Notes: generated by a model not told the origin, from the letters alone. A stretch of 61,125 nt of DNA, filler included, from Basidioascus undulatus (GCA_000826855.1; 5 parts of 5 records of this genome joined end to end with filler, not necessarily neighbours in it), one strand, 5' to 3'; counted from the first letter of the whole stretch, positions 10,486 through 24,514 are shown. Numbers and translations are program-made.

Positions 10486-12166
10486 ATGGCGCCAAAGCCG
10501 CGCGTTTTCATAGATCTGTACGAGTACCCAGCGTCTTCCACCAGGAATATTGCGCTGACGTGCTCCAATGTGCAGCGCGATCGAAGGCCAGCCGGTCGGT
10601 CGGTACGTCTGCTCTTTTGAGATCTTCGCCGAGGGCGGATCCGCTGACGCAGGCTTGTGGGTTGAAACAGGGTGATATTTGAGCTGCACACCGACACAGC
10701 GCCCAAGACGAGCGAGAACTTCCGCGCGCTGTGCACGGGCGAGAAGGGGCTCAGCGCCGCGGGTGTGCCGCTCTATTACAAGGGCAGCATCCTGCACCGG
10801 GTCATTGCCGGGTTTATGGTGCGTCATGATTGTCAAGACGGGGACTTAGTGATGGTCTTCTAATGAAGTGGGAGTGCAGGTGCAAGGCGGTGACTTCACT
10901 GCGAGGAATGGGACGGGAGGAGAGAGCATCTACGGCGGGACGTTCGCGGACGAGGACCTCAAGACTCGCATGCCGGACGCTGAAGGGTGCGTTTGCCGGT
11001 TCATATGGGGGGTTGGTGTGTCAAGAAGTAGCTTACGGCGAGTACCACAGGCTTCTGGTGATGGCGAATCGCGGACCAAACACCAATGGATCGCAGTTCT
11101 TCGTCACGCTCCGGCCGTGCCCTCAGTGCGTCGCGCATGCCGTTCATCATTCTCCCTTTTCTAACCCCTTTACCTTTCAACAGTCTCGATGGTAAGCATG
11201 TCGTCTTCGGGCGCGTCCTATCGGGCTACGAGCACATCGTCCGCATCTCCAAGATCCCTGCGGACGAGAAGGACCGGCCGATCCAGCTAGTCTCGATCTC
11301 GCACTGCGGCGAGCTTGTGCCTAAGCGCAAAGCTGGCGCACCCGCACCAGGTAAGCCTTGCCTTCCGCCCGGGTTGGCTATGAAGTTTTGAGACTGGGAC
11401 TGAGATGGATGCCTGGAATAGCTTCTCAAGCGGGGGACGAGCGCCGCGGACGGAGCATGTCCCGCCCGTACTCCTCCTCTTCGCGTTCTTCTTCCAGAAG
11501 CTCCCGCTCTGGGTCGGCCAGCAGCCGATCAGACTCGCGCTCGCGTTCCCGCTCCATCTCGCGCTCTCGTTCGCGGCGCTCGCGCTCCTACACCCGTTCG
11601 CGCTCCCGCCGCGCACGCTCCTACTCATCTTCCTCCTCGGCTTCTTCTCGCTCCGGTTCCCGCTCCCACATGCGTTCCCGGCGCGCGCAGTCCCCCTCGC
11701 GCTCGCGCTCTCGTTCTCCGACCCCGCGCAAGCGCTCCCCCACTCCTGGCCCGCCCGGCCCGCCCACCGAGGCGGACCTTCTGCGCGAGCGACTCCTCGC
11801 GGAGAAGGCCGAGAAAGAGCGGGCCGAGAAGCTCGCGCGGTTGGAGGAGCTCAAGCGGCAGCACGAGGAGGAGCGGCGGCGGGAGCGGGCGCGGGGGCTG
11901 TGGGACGAGAGAGAGGACCACCGGCGGCGGGAGGCGGAGGTAGATGAGGGTCAGTCCAAGATCAATTATCGCGGGCGGGGGTTCATGAAGTACCGGGAGG
12001 ACGACGCGGATGGCCGCGGGAGGCGCGGTGGCGGCAGTTGGGGCGGCAGGGGCGGCGAATATGGGGGCTATGACGGGAGGAGGGGCGAGAGGAACGGGAG
12101 GGGCGGACAAGGGAGAGGGACAGGGAGGGGACAACGTTTGGACGCGCTGGAGTACCATGTGGCTGG
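10486..12166 (+). CDS. Cyclophilin-type peptidyl-prolyl isomerase with C-terminal RS-rich and charged region (PPIG/SR-cyclophilin-like), truncated by contig end
   Basis: [11 protein letters not shown]...[25 protein letters not shown]...[34 protein letters not shown]...[16 protein letters not shown]...[11 protein letters not shown], followed by an SR-dipeptide tract at about 11460-11730. Confidence 0.92.
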
Positions 12167-12266
12167 NNNNNNNNNNNNNNNNNNNNNNNNNNNNNNNNNN
12201 NNNNNNNNNNTTAATTAATTAANNNNNNNNNNNNNNNNNNNNNNNNNNNNNNNNNNNNNNNNNNNN
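12167..12266. other. Artificial contig-join spacer (N44-TTAATTAATTAA-N44)
   Basis: N runs flank a six-frame stop linker; the same structure occurs four times. Confidence 0.97.
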
Positions 12267-12838
12267 AAGAGGAAGGGATGGGGAAGGAGGGAGGGCAGGG
12301 ATGGTGGGAGAGGAAAGGGAGGGACGCACTGAACGCTTTGTGCTCGTGCCCGGAAGTGACGGCGTAGCGCGGGAAGACGTAGAGGTCTGCGGTGCGTCCG
12401 AAGAAACTTGTGTGAGCGGCGGGGCGGGCGAGCGAGAGGGAAGGAAGGAAGACGCACGGTTATGATGCCTTTTCGCAATCCCACCATCCAGCCTACTCAG
12501 CCGCTTCCTCCAGCGCGGGTAGTGCAGAATAAACTCACGAATTCCGATCGACGAGAATGACCCGGTGCGTCTTGGGCAGGCTCTGCGCGAGGAGCCGCGC
12601 GGCGCGACCGCCTGCCGACGACCCAAGCGTGCCTTAGCATCATCCTCCACAACGCGCTGCCGCATGGAAGAGGGAGCTACGCACCGCCGTAGGAACCCCC
12701 GAGCACAAACACGTTCTTGATCGCCGTCCGCGAAGCCATATCCTCCGTCTGGCTCGTCGTCGTCGTCGTGGGATTGCGAGAGTGTGGAGCGGCCGTAGGA
12801 GTGCGCGATGCAGTAGTAGACGAAGTAGGGCGGCTCAT
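12267..12838 (-). CDS. AMID/AIFM2-like FAD-dependent NAD(P)H oxidoreductase, 5' part only
   Basis: KNVFVLGGSYGG (Rossmann GxGxxG variant) ... AQSLPKTHRVILVDRNS / ... FPRYAVTSGHEHKAF, typical of fungal AMID-like proteins. Runs into the spacer. Confidence 0.75.
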
Positions 12839-14719
12839 CGAAATAGTTCTCGTTATCAGGACGCAGGTGCAGCCCCCGTGTTGTTCTGGTGCGTTGTCGG
12901 CTGGTCGGTGGTGTGTGAGCGAGATGAAGAGGGAGAGGGAAGAGAATGATGCGATCGGGCAGAGAAGACCTCTCGTCCCCCGCGCCACTATACTATTACT
13001 AGGTAGGCGGTAGCCATCTGATAAGCATCTCAGCATCTTAGGGCGTCGGAAATGGCCGTGCCTGGCCGGCCGTTTCGGACTTGCGCAGGGGGCAGTTTTC
13101 GACAGAGCAGTTGTTTGCTTTGCGCAGAACTGCGGGTCGCTTTCATTTTGTGTACGAGCAACAGCCGTAGTCGGATATGCGTGTGGGCCAGGATGGATGC
13201 CCCTAGGCCTTGATAGTAGGCGCGAAAGCTAGCGGTTGTGCTCGTACCGCCCACTGGCCTTTCAGCCCCAGCGTAGCCGCTTTCGAAAAAGCATCCATAT
13301 GTTTCCCAGGATGATACGATTACCGATGGGTTGTATCAACCGCACACGGTCGTAGATAAGCGGCCTTGGCCCCTGTCCGTCAGCGAGATTGCCTGATCAG
13401 AGCGGGCGATGAAGATGAACATAGGGGTGCAGCGGCCAAGCAAACACAGGCATCGAAGTATCGTAAGTATGTAGGGGTTAACTTCTAAGACAGCTCGGCT
13501 GCGTGTCAGCCCGGCGTCTGGGAGGATCGTCGGCGGACGGGCGAAGATGCAAAGACCAGGTGGGATGAGCGAGCATCGCCGGTGCCTCTGCCTGTGGGCA
13601 AGCTGCAGCGGCTTGGCGGCTGGCAGGGTGGCATAAATTCACCGAAAGAACTGGAGACGTGATAATGGAAAGAAGTGAGTGACGAACTTGGAAAGCTGGG
13701 ATGTACCGGTGCGTGCGCGTTGGAAGCCACCTCCGCAGGTGGTGATGGATCCAGCCGTTGTTTTGAAGGCATACCTCTCGACCCAGCATAAGTTGCAGGG
13801 CTCTTTTGAGGCCTTTGAGGTAGTTGACCACTCTCAGCGCTCGCGGATGACGCCCCAGCATCGGACACTCGCTGGCGCTTGCAGTGTGCGTGGCCGCGAC
13901 GGTGCCTCGCTGGGACCGGGTGGGAAGCTCAGTAAAAAGCTTATATTGAATATTTTAATGGACCTGAATTATACCGGCGGTTATATCTTGTATAGGCCTG
14001 GGCAGACTGATGGGTTTTGTCCATTTTTTTCTCGGCCAAGGAGGACAGCCACTCCAGGTCTCGGCGTCCCCGTGTATAACTTGTTCAGTGGAACTCTCCG
14101 CCATGTCATCCCCACAAAATTATCAGATAAAAGAAACAATCGAGCGTAAAGCACCTGTACAGCACCGAGCCGTTCCACACAGCTGGTCAACGACCCGTCG
14201 GACGTACAACCCAGTATCGCCATCGCTGGTACCATGCCCTTGTCGCGCCTGTTGAATATGCGCATGTTCTCAACGTTTCTCATTCCACAAATAGAATCTA
14301 CAAATATCAGTCAGCCATTTGAAACACGCACACGAATGGTACATTCTACATTCCAGTCGTCATCCGCCTACCACTCCGCTCGACTCGCTCGCCACTCGCC
14401 ACTCCCTCCCTCCTAAAGACTCTTCTCTAGTCTCGTTTTTAGCGCTCCACCCCCTCCTCTCGCGCTTCCCTTGGGTCGTCGCTGCTCTACGGAGCTTTAC
14501 GATAGTGCAGCTGTCCCACTCACGAAGCGTTCCAACTCCTGCTCACTATCCCGCTTCAATACCCATTAAAACCCCGGCGCACAACAAAGTCCCAGATCAA
14601 GAAGCAGCTTCTTCCGCCTTGTAGCGCTTCCCCCGGTTACCGCTGCTGTGCGGAGGCTGTCTCACTAAACCTCTGCCCGCAGATCATCCACCAGTTCGCT
14701 CGCTGTCCCAAACCAAAAA

Positions 14720-17700
14720 CAAGCATCAGATCGAACGACTCGGTCGGGTTGATCCTCAGGAGTATTACATGTTATTCAACTTCGAAGATGCAGGAAGACG
14801 CAGGTGGGAGCTGGCGGTTGGGCATAGATGAGCGCTGATGTACTGGGCTGTCAATGCCGCATGGTGCGCGATGTCGGCCAGGTTCTCAGCTGACACGCTT
14901 CTGCCCCAACTGTTGGCATGCACGATCTCAATCTTGGCGCCCTTCGCAAGCTGCGAAGTCGAAGAGACGTGATCGATCTGCTGGGAGTTCTGGTCGTTCA
15001 TGTATCTGCGGTACAGAAGGGGAGCTAATCAGTAAGAGCGATAGTGAAGGAATGAGATCAGCGACGCACGAGTAGCGCTCAGCCGGTTCAGATGGAAGGA
15101 CCTCCGTGAGCGAGCGGCTAAGCTCCCGCAGCGGCTGGACACCCGAAAGTTCGTTGAAATCTCCGACCAGGATGACGTGCGCATGTTTCTGGGTTAAGCC
15201 TGTAGCGCATAAAGTCCGTGATAGCGGGCTACTCACATCTGACTGCACCTGTTTCACCTGCGTCACAAACTCGCCGACCACCCTCGCCTGCTCCGTGCGC
15301 TGCTCGACGCCCCCATTTACAGCGGGCTGCCAGCGCCCGTACATCTCCGTCGATCCGCACTTACTGGAGAAGTGAGCGACGAGTGTTACGAATCACACAT
15401 TCGGTTTGGCTGCGAGGCGGAACGCGGCAGACAGCGGCTTGAGACTCGGTACAGGCGGGGCTGAGCGGGTCGATGCGGCCTGGGTTAGCGCAAACGTCGC
15501 CCGACCGTCAATCGGGTCGCGCAGTACGCGTTGTGGGGCGGTCGAGTTGCCGACGGAGGAGGAAGGGTCGAGGATGAGGCGGTCCGGGCGATAGACGAAC
15601 GCGACACGGGCCGCCGGGGATGCCGCTGCCATCAAATCCGGAGAGAGACGTAAGCGCAGAGCAGGGAAAGAACGGAGGCTCGTAGGCGCGCCCATCCTGC
15701 TTGTCAACCGGGTCGATAACGAGCGGCTCGGACTGAACGCCGCCAGCCGCCACGACGGCGTCGGCGATGAGCTTGAGCGTCCGCATGCTGGAAACGTTCC
15801 CGGTATCGATGTCCCCATCTACCCGGATCATTGCGGGAGGAACTGCTATCACAGTACGAATAACCGCACTGTCGTTCTGGATCTCCTGCAGCGCGAACAG
15901 GTCTTGCTGCTTGAGGAGCTGGACGATCGGCGCGCCTATGCGGCCGATGCGAACTTTGTTGCGCGCTGACAGGTTCTGTTTCTCAATTTTGAAGATAATC
16001 AGTTTGAAGGAAGAATGACAACGGAAGGTGCAACAAGCAGCCGCACCTCGACGTTCTACGTCCCAACGCTGACAGCGTCGCACGTCCCCGTCGAGATAAG
16101 CCAAGTCGGGGCTCTCGGACAGGGGAGTGGCGCTCCAGAGGAGCAAATGGATCTGAATGCAGGCGGTAGGGTAAGAGTGGAACAGAGGCTGACGCAGGGA
16201 AGGGCGAAGGCGCGCACAAATCACGGGAAAGCAGTCCACGAAGGACACCACGCCGGTCATCTCTCGAAGCGAATGCCATGACAATGCTGTTCAAAATCCA
16301 TTGCCGGATGATCCGCCCAGGAAAAGAAGGAGGGACAGGAAAATACGTACTCCTTCTGGTGTCGCGAACCATCCAGCGGAGGCATGATCAACACCGCCTG
16401 CGAGCGTTCGTCAGAAAGCATCAGTCTCCCTTGCGCGCCATCAAACTACGTCGAGAGCCTGATCAGAATTACAAGCGCACCTCTGGATTGGTGTTCCCTG
16501 CTCATCTCCGAGCCCACGCATCAGTTCACCGCTTCTTGCTCAAGGCTCAAGGCCGTCCGTCGGAGACATACATTCAACGTCCCAAAATCTCCACCACCGT
16601 TTCCCTCTCCAAGCCAAGGTCAACACGCCTCGAGCGTTCCTGCCTTGATCCTCTCCTTCCGGAACGGCCCAGATATGACCCCACGAGCTACCGCGAGCGA
16701 CAGCGCGCGGGTGCGGGATGGAGACGAGCATGCTCGAGAGACTCCCAGAAGTCAGCGCTGTACTTGCGGGGCTTCAACGACGAACGACATGTAAGCTCAA
16801 GTCCTTTCACCCGTCTAACCTAAGTCGATGAGGCAGCTATGGGTCAAGCATCGCTTCGAAGCGTGACGATTGCGAGACTCGGCAGCGCGAACGTGTTGTC
16901 AACGGCAATGCGGTCCCTTGGTGGGCTCCGGTCTCCGCCGGGGCTGAGTATTGCCGGCTGTAAGAGCGCGTTTCCCGACGAGCGGACGGTGACTTCACGT
17001 GGGTGATCTTCGTCAGGCGGAGGGAAGACGCGTCGGGCGCGTACTCGACGACTTGGCCGGAGACGGAGATGGCGTCGCCGGGGGATGGCTTGGGAAAACG
17101 AGACCCGATGTAGACCTGAGTGGGTACCAGATGAAGGTGATCTGGTCTCAGTGAAGGAGCGCATCGCACTGAGATGGCGAGAAGACGCACAAATAGAGCT
17201 TCGCTCGTTCGCTCACCTCTATCCGAGTCTGCGGACTGGAAGTAGAACCCATTTTGCCTGCCAACGACCGGGCCCGTATCAACCGCATCAGCCGCTCGTT
17301 TGTCCTCACAGTTGGCGACCCCAACCCCAGGGAGCGCTCACGCGACCGCCGTCGCCACTCCCTCGACACCTTGAACCCCCTGTCCAAGGAGAGGAGATAC
17401 AAATCCAGCGCCTTGTACAATTACGTGGTGAGACGTTCTGGGACCGCGCGTGCGAGACCGAGGACCAGTGGGGAATGAGCCCCTCGGCGGATGACGCGAA
17501 GAAGTGCGGCGCGAGCCCGCTGCCGAAGCCGTCGAAGAGTGACAAAGCGAAAAGGGTGAGGCCCAGAAGTGGGAGTATGAGCATCTTCGATATTCAAAGT
17601 GCGGTGGCGCTGTTATAACGCCCGTGGGCATGCGATGCGTGCCAGCGTCGAGATGAGTGCAAATTGATCACCGCTCGATTTGAACTCGGGAGGAGTGGGT

Positions 17701-17722
17701 CACTATCACTCGGCTTGGGCAT
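14720..17722 (-). pseudogene. Degraded secreted endonuclease/exonuclease/phosphatase-family nuclease (ExeM/NucH-like), with stops, frameshifts and about 0.8 kb of unrelated internal sequence
   Basis: Fragments appear in order but in different frames: hydrophobic segment MLILPLLGLTLFALSL; VQGAGFVSPLLGQGVQGVEGV; GDAISVSGQVVEY; DLFALQEIQNDS; RVAFVYRPDR; HVILVGDFNE; NSQQIDHV. Confidence 0.7.
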
Positions 17723-18218
17723 TGTGAGTTTGCAAAGGCAGAGAGAATGGCTGAGCACCAGAAGAGTGCGAGGGGCTCGGCTGCGGTGTTCGATTGAACG
17801 TGGGAGTCCGAAGGGAGATGGTGGTCGAAGGAAGAGCTTCAGCGGAGGCCGCGTTCGCTCTTTGACCTCTTGGCTTTCATGTCTTTCACCTTGGGAGGCA
17901 GGCTTAAGATTTCGGGACCTACTCAAGCACAAGTGAAACATTTTTTACTCAACAATGACTTGCAGACGATACCTAATAAGCGGCGGCAAAGGCGTAGCTC
18001 TAGCAATGCAACGCGTCGCAACGGCTCTTAGGGAAGTCCTGCACGCTCGGTGCTTATAGGACTTCATTCGAGCCAGCATGGAGTAATGATCCCCGGTGAG
18101 GATTTAAAGCCTTTCCCCGTTCTGAAATACCCGGAAAGTAGACCAAGTGCCGCCGTTCAACCGCCGTCGCGCACCAGCCCACATCCCGACCCCCAAACTT
18201 CACCCCAGTCCATCTCCC

Positions 18219-18584
18219 CTAGTACCCCTCCCCCTTCAACTTCCCACCTCTCGCATTGTCAAATCCCTCAAACCCATCGTCAACCGGCTCTTCTTTCACC
18301 CTCTCGCCTTCCCTCGGCGGGGCAGGCGGCTGCCGGAAGTCTTCCCTGGGCGGATCAAGCCCGCTCATTGCGTCGTCCAGCGCGAGCTCCGAGCCCGTGA
18401 CGGGCTCGCCCTCCGGAAGTGGGGTGGGACGCGGGGTGGACGGGTCGAGTGTGTCTGTAGTCGGAGAGACGCCGCCGCGTACTTTATGCTCTGGGTTCAG
18501 GTCGTCCGCTCGAGTACCGTACAGTCTGAGAGGTGTTTGGGCGATTCTCCCGGTTTGACGAAGGCGGAGGACAGATGTGCGCAT
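18219..18584 (-). CDS. Hypothetical 121-aa protein with a mitochondrial-type presequence and an acidic, Pro-rich body
   Basis: Single open frame MRTSVLRLRQTGRIAQTPLRLYGTRADDL...GEGY* with coding-like composition. Confidence 0.5.
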   Translation of the reverse strand: MRTSVLRLRQTGRIAQTPLRLYGTRADDLNPEHKVRGGVSPTTDTLDPSTPRPTPLPEGEPVTGSELALDDAMSGLDPPREDFRQPPAPPREGERVKEEPVDDGFEGFDNARGGKLKGEGY

Positions 18585-21500
18585 GATGGATAGGTTGGGC
18601 TGGTGCTTGTGGGTTCGACCTGGACAGACAGGGAAGAACGGCAATGGGAGCACAAGCAAAGACACAGCAGAGGCTGTCATCGTTTCAGGCTTCGACCGGC
18701 ACGCACGACCTCGAGGTCTTGCAAACGCGGCTATCACTTGAGTTTAGCTGAATTACTGAATGAAGTTGTTAATGTGGTACATCTTTGAACGTGCTTTTGC
18801 GACAATTGGACTAATCCAGATAGACGTTCGGCTGTCCTTCGGTGCCGGCACGGAAGAATTTGTGGCAAATGTACGCTTGCATCAAACGAGAGCACCGTTA
18901 CTGGACATCCTCTTTTAGGCTGTATCCGTAAATTTAGTTGTACAGATATATACTACTGTACAGTACAGGGGGGCTATTGGAAAATGCGAGCCTTGTCTCC
19001 ACGTAGCATGCAGCGGCGCGGGCTCAGGACGCCATCACGACAACTCAAGCTGCACGGTACTACTCGGTGATGAGAGAGCTTGGTGGCGGAATCATAGGTC
19101 CAAAAGGGGGTTGCGACGGTCTTGGACTCCAAGTCGAGCGAGTATTGGCCGCCGATCGAGGGGTCGACGAAAGAGCTCACGCTGACATCGGTAGAGGACG
19201 CACCGGGACTCGCTGGAGTGAGTTTCATAGCAAGGAAACAGGTTCAGCAAGCTTTTTGAAATGCATGGGAGCGATTATCGTACTCTGTTGCTGGGCATAG
19301 CCCATTCAGGTCGAGGAGCGCCCGTATTGGGTGTAGCGGATCATGGCAAGGTAGCTGTAGTCTTAGAGGTTCTTTGTGCCAAACATAATCCACGAGGTCC
19401 AGAAGGAATTTTTTGAAGGTGAGATAATAAGTAGTGGGCAGAAAAGAAGACACAAATGCGCCAGCAACAATCCTATATGCGAGCGGCTGTAGGACTACGT
19501 ACCAGGACCCGCACGCTGATCCCTCCCGTAGTGCCTTCCGAAAGGGCCTCAAACGAGATGGCTATCGGGGGAGAATCCGGCCAGTTGCCATACTGGTCGG
19601 TCGTAGGGCTGTCCGTGCCCGCTTTTAAGCCTCAAGCAGCAATTGAAGAGGAAGCGCAAGGGGTTCCCACTCACAACCCGTAATCGTCCGTGAGTGTACG
19701 CCAATAGCCGCTATACTGCTGATAATAGGCGTCGTAAGGCTTCATCAAGCCGGTATACCTGTATGCGTCGTGTAATAAAGGGCCGTTGGAGGGCTTGGAA
19801 GACGAAGGGCTTACGTCTGGACAACGGTCGGGGTCGCTGGAGGACCGCTTCGGCAAACGTGGAGTGCCTGCACAAGGAAACTAAGTTTCGAGACTTATGG
19901 GCAGGAAATTAACACCTGCTGCTCGATGATAGCCGACAGACCTGCTTTGAAGTGATTGCGTGGTTCTAGTGGTGCCAGACCGGCAGCCAGCCTAGGCGGC
20001 GAAGCGGGTGCAGTTGAGTTAGAATCCTCATGTTCTTCGTTGCGCAATTCTCAAAAATGAGACAGGCTTGAACGTTCACCTCTTAGCATTGCTGTCAAGG
20101 TATACATGCCGAAGACGGTTGAAGTTGCTGGTGCCCTTCTATTGTGTACGCGTCGGACGACCGAGCGTGTTCGCTGCAAAAATGAGGAAAGGGAAGATTG
20201 TCACCATTTGGTCACCGGAAAGGCTCTAAAGGATGGGAGGAGTTGATGGTGTGGGTTGAAGATGGCCGTGGGCAATCGCGAAGAAGAGGAGAGGAGACAA
20301 CGTATGCTTCGGCAGAGCCATCATTGCAAATAGTAGAATCCACAAGTCCCAGCACTCAGGAAGACAATAGAGATGGAAATTTTAAGAGCTTATTGATCAA
20401 ACGGTTCAATCGAAGCAGGTACGGCAGACGGTGCCGTGACCGAGGCATGGAGTTGCTTTGATGCACTCCAGCTCAGGCCGTCTATGTGTTCAAGGGGGTG
20501 TCATCAGCTGGCCCCCGGAAGGGAGCTCGTGTGAAGCCTTCGTCTCAATTCTATGACTCATATCAATCTAATAGCTTGATGCAAACGCGGAAGTGAAGTG
20601 TCTCTAGTACATGGCTTGTACGCAGAAGCATCAGGCGAGATGGGGAACCGTCCCTGGCCAAGTGCATAGAGCGATCCATTTTTTCCACTCCCCATTCCAC
20701 GTTTATTGCAGGCACCAGATCCGAACGACCACCTTTGTTTTTTAGAAACCTCTGCAAAATGTTAAACGCGAGGTAACGTTTCGTGGGGATGCCTACATGG
20801 TCGTTGGTTCGAATGGTTCCGCCCCCTGCCAGGCTATCGTGCCCGCTCCTTGCCGCCGCTCCTTTTGCATGACTAATATACTTTCGGTGACAGACAATTC
20901 AATTCGTTTACAGATTATACCATCTTTGCAGCAGGTCTCCGCTGCGTATTGAGGCTCTGGTACGACGCTGAGCTGCATCTTTGTACAATCTTGAACTTAG
21001 TGCATCATCTGTCAGATTGTTGGGATGAGCATAAGCGCAAAAGCTCCCTATATTTCCAAAGAAATTGCTTGAACAACTCGTTGATGAGCCTCGAGGGCAG
21101 CCAGGCTGTCGAGACCACCCGCATTGTTTCACGCCGGTTGGGGTGATGTGCACAGCAGCGCCCGTTTCATTGCGTTACAGTTATATCTAGGAAAGAATAC
21201 TTACCGTAAGGAAAAAGGTTCACCACTAGGGTGTTTCGAAATGCAGAATATCGCGATAACGCTGTGCACCAGCTGTCATTTCGTGCAAATTCTTGAACTT
21301 CCGGATGCTTGCCATCAATGCAGAACAACCACCTTTGGAATACGTATTCAGAATCCAACACCTAAATACTGAAATGCCCATCACGAGGACCACGATCAGA
21401 AAACTTAGCGCGGGTCCAGAAGCGGTTCACACAGCTGAAAAAATGGAACAAGAAACCCAATTAAAATTTCACGAGACTTACGGAGATGTCAAAGCCCATC

Positions 21501-23568
21501 TGCAAAGCGGCAGTTCTGAATGCGACGAGCATCTCACAGTCCTATAACCTTTGCCTTGCGCGCCAGCCTCATGTTTGAGAAGATTGCCAAGGAAGGATAG
21601 ATGTTCAATTTTTCCCGACCTGACCAAATTTAACTGACTAGCCAAGGAGGCTGGAAAGGCCGGAAAGGCCGGGTAGTTATGCGTGGCGGAGTACGGACTG
21701 CAGCGCGATGCTGTCGGTCGGACGGTCCGCGACGGCATTTTCCCCCAGGAAATGAAGAGAAGTGGGGTTCGGAATCTCTTCCATATAGTGGCATACGGGA
21801 AATGGAAGAGTGGTGCTATGGAAATCGCGATGACCGCGAGTGCCCTTCTTCACCTTCGACCAGCGCCTCGTGTTCCTCCTCGCACCGCTAGTGCCCCACT
21901 CCCGCGCATCCAAATCCTCCTCACGCTCACTGATGGTTCTCCGGAGCTCCTATCGCTCGCGCCGCTCTCAGCGCACGCCTGAACACCTCCGCACTCCTGC
22001 GCATAGCCTCTTCTTGCTCGCTCTCGCCCTCCCCGCCATCCTACGCCCTGATGCACGCCGTCTGCCCCTCCTCTTCTCCTCCCGTAGAAATGGATTCACG
22101 AGCTCTCCCTCTCGCTCGAAGAGTCCCCGGACCCGCCCAATATTCGAACAAAGACGACGCGGTCGGAAGTGCAGCTCATGCGGTTTTTCGACTCACCTCC
22201 CACATCTGCGTGTGCCCCCGATGTTTGCCCTTGATGAGGAGGGGAGGGAGTTCGGGACGCGGTGAATTCTTATGAGATAGGCTGAAAGTGTACATGTGGA
22301 TTGGAGGAAGGTGGACCTCCAAGGCTCCCTGGGCTAGGAGAAAGATGGCCGATCAGCTCCATGGTCCCCGCTAAACTCCCTGGGAGTCGCCCCTCCCATA
22401 TCGGTTTCGGCCTCCCTGCTCGATCATATTGATGAGCGTATCCCCCGCCGCTGTCGGGGCCGCGGGCCAGGCCATATCGATCTCCGGGAACTGCTCACTC
22501 CAATACCTCGCGCGCAGCGCTGTGCCTGATGAGTTTGAGGACGGGCCATTTCCCATCCATCATGATGATTTGGACCCATAGAAAGGAAACGAGGAATTCA
22601 ACCTCCTGGGGTGCGTCTCCTTCCACTCCCCCGCGCCGCAGTGCTAAGTCCTTCGTTCGCAGTATCATCGACCGGACCAGCCACCGCATCACCCTCCGCC
22701 TCCCCCTCCCCATGTTCGCCTCCGCTGTCCAGCCCCTCTTCTCCCCTCTTGATCGCCCTTACTTCCTCTCGCACCATCAATCCCACGGGAAACTTCGTCA
22801 TCGATCGTCCTCCCCCACCCTGCAGGCTCGCGGACTTCGCGACCCATGCAAAGGACGAGGTCCCGATCCTCCACGCTGCGTGGACAAGCCCGATCGTGTG
22901 TGAGAAGGTACTGCAGGATGCAGGGGGAAGGGCCAGTCTGCGGGCGTTGGGATTGGCGCAGGAGGTGAGCGAGGAGGTGCTGGAGAAGTTTCCGCTTGTG
23001 GCGGGAAGGAGGGGATGGTTGAAGCGAGGCGGATCATCCGATTGCGCCTTGGGGAGATGGAGTGAAGTTGTAACTTTGAAGAAAAACGAACTAGAAGACG
23101 TTGCTATCTGCAAAAGCGATGGTTGGGACTGCCGACCAAAGTCGTATCTCAAGTCCAGCGGCAACGCCTCCACGGGCCGTCCAGACGGTGGACGCACTTG
23201 CTAGGTCTCAACACCAACTTCTGAACTTCCCCATAAACTTAAACAGCTCCTGCCCACACATACCGTGCTTCTACCGTGCTTCCACACGTCAGCTACGGAC
23301 ACGCGGACACGCGGACACGCGCCGACGTCTCATGCCGAGTCTTCCAGAGCCCATCTCCCAGAGCCCATCTCCAATCCCGTACGCGCCCATGCTCTCAAAC
23401 TCCTCGCCCAACGTTCACACAACCAAGTTCCCGCCCTTCAGCACGCGGCGCAACCATTTTCAGTATTCGCAGCATCGCCAATAATGCACAGCGCCCCTCC
23501 CGCGGGCAAAGTGTACAACTTCTTCCCCACCTCCCTTCACCACGCAATCCGATCCTCCGCTGAGGAGC

Positions 23569-24414
23569 TCAGAAGTCGTCCTCGTCCCCCTCATCCCACC
23601 TCCCGCGCTCCTCCTCGTCCTGCCCCTGTTCCTCGGCGGCGGCGGCGGCGGCGGCGGGTGCGACAGAGGCTGCGGCGGGGACGGCGGAAGCAGGTGGGTT
23701 GGGGAGGGTGGAGGACGTGGACGTGGGTGCCGCGGTAGGGGCGGGCGCGGCAGTCGGACCCGGCGCCCACGCGATCTGCACCTGCCCGAGCTCAGGGATG
23801 GTTGACCCCTTGCTGAGTGCCTGTCCCGCTCCCCCCACTCCCCAGATCAGTTTCTCAAACCGAAGAAAGCACCGATGGAAGGGGAAGAGGAAAAGGGGAA
23901 CAGGGGGCAGGGGAAGGGGAAGAGAGGAAGCCGCACAAAAGTGCCTTCTTTAGGTCTGCCTCGCGGTCGCGCTCAGCCGCGGATTGTAGTTGCTGGGCGT
24001 TGGCGTTCAAATTCGGGAGCTGCGTGGGAAGGACGTCAAACTAGAAATGCATCGCAGGTCGAGCAGACATCGCAGAAGACATACTTCAGGCCCATCAGTC
24101 TGCTCAGCCTTCGGATCCTCCTCCCGCCCGCCCTCAGACTCCTCAGAAGCACGGCGCTTCATAGGGCGCTGCTCGCCGTCATGTTCGTGGGGCGACAGCG
24201 GGTGCTTGCGCTGGTTCTCGGAGCTCGCGGGCCGCGGCGGAGGAAGCGGCGGGTCGGAGAACCGTACATGCCGGAGCTGCGGCGGGGGCGGTGGTGGGAG
24301 TGGTGGGGAGCCGAGCTGGCCGATATGCCGTGTGGGGGAGGGGAGGGCGTGAGCGGCGGGGTGGTAGAGCGGGAAGTGGGCGTGGGGTGCAGGAGCCGGT
24401 GCTCGGTCGTCGCT
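23569..24414 (-). CDS. 3' end of a low-complexity protein, possibly RBM26/27 (Rmn1)-like RNA-binding protein
   Basis: Pro-rich and charged exons, then ...ADLRRHF and ALSKGSTIPELGQVQIAW (resembles the end of an RRM) and an acidic tail. I could not reconcile exon phases across 23822-23942. Confidence 0.4.
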
Positions 24415-24514
24415 NNNNNNNNNNNNNNNNNNNNNNNNNNNNNNNNNNNNNNNNNNNNTTAATTAATTAANNNNNNNNNNNNNNNNNNNNNNNNNNNNNN
24501 NNNNNNNNNNNNNN
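24415..24514. other. Artificial contig-join spacer
   Basis: N44-TTAATTAATTAA-N44. Confidence 0.97.

Noticed and set aside
20797..20832. GGTTCGAAT...CCA resembling a tRNA 3' half
   Set aside because: The flanks do not form a T stem and no matching 5' half or acceptor stem is present.
21600..23200. Coding-like GC-rich region with long overlapping ORFs
   Set aside because: No recognisable domain or consistent frame. It may be another remnant but I cannot support a call.
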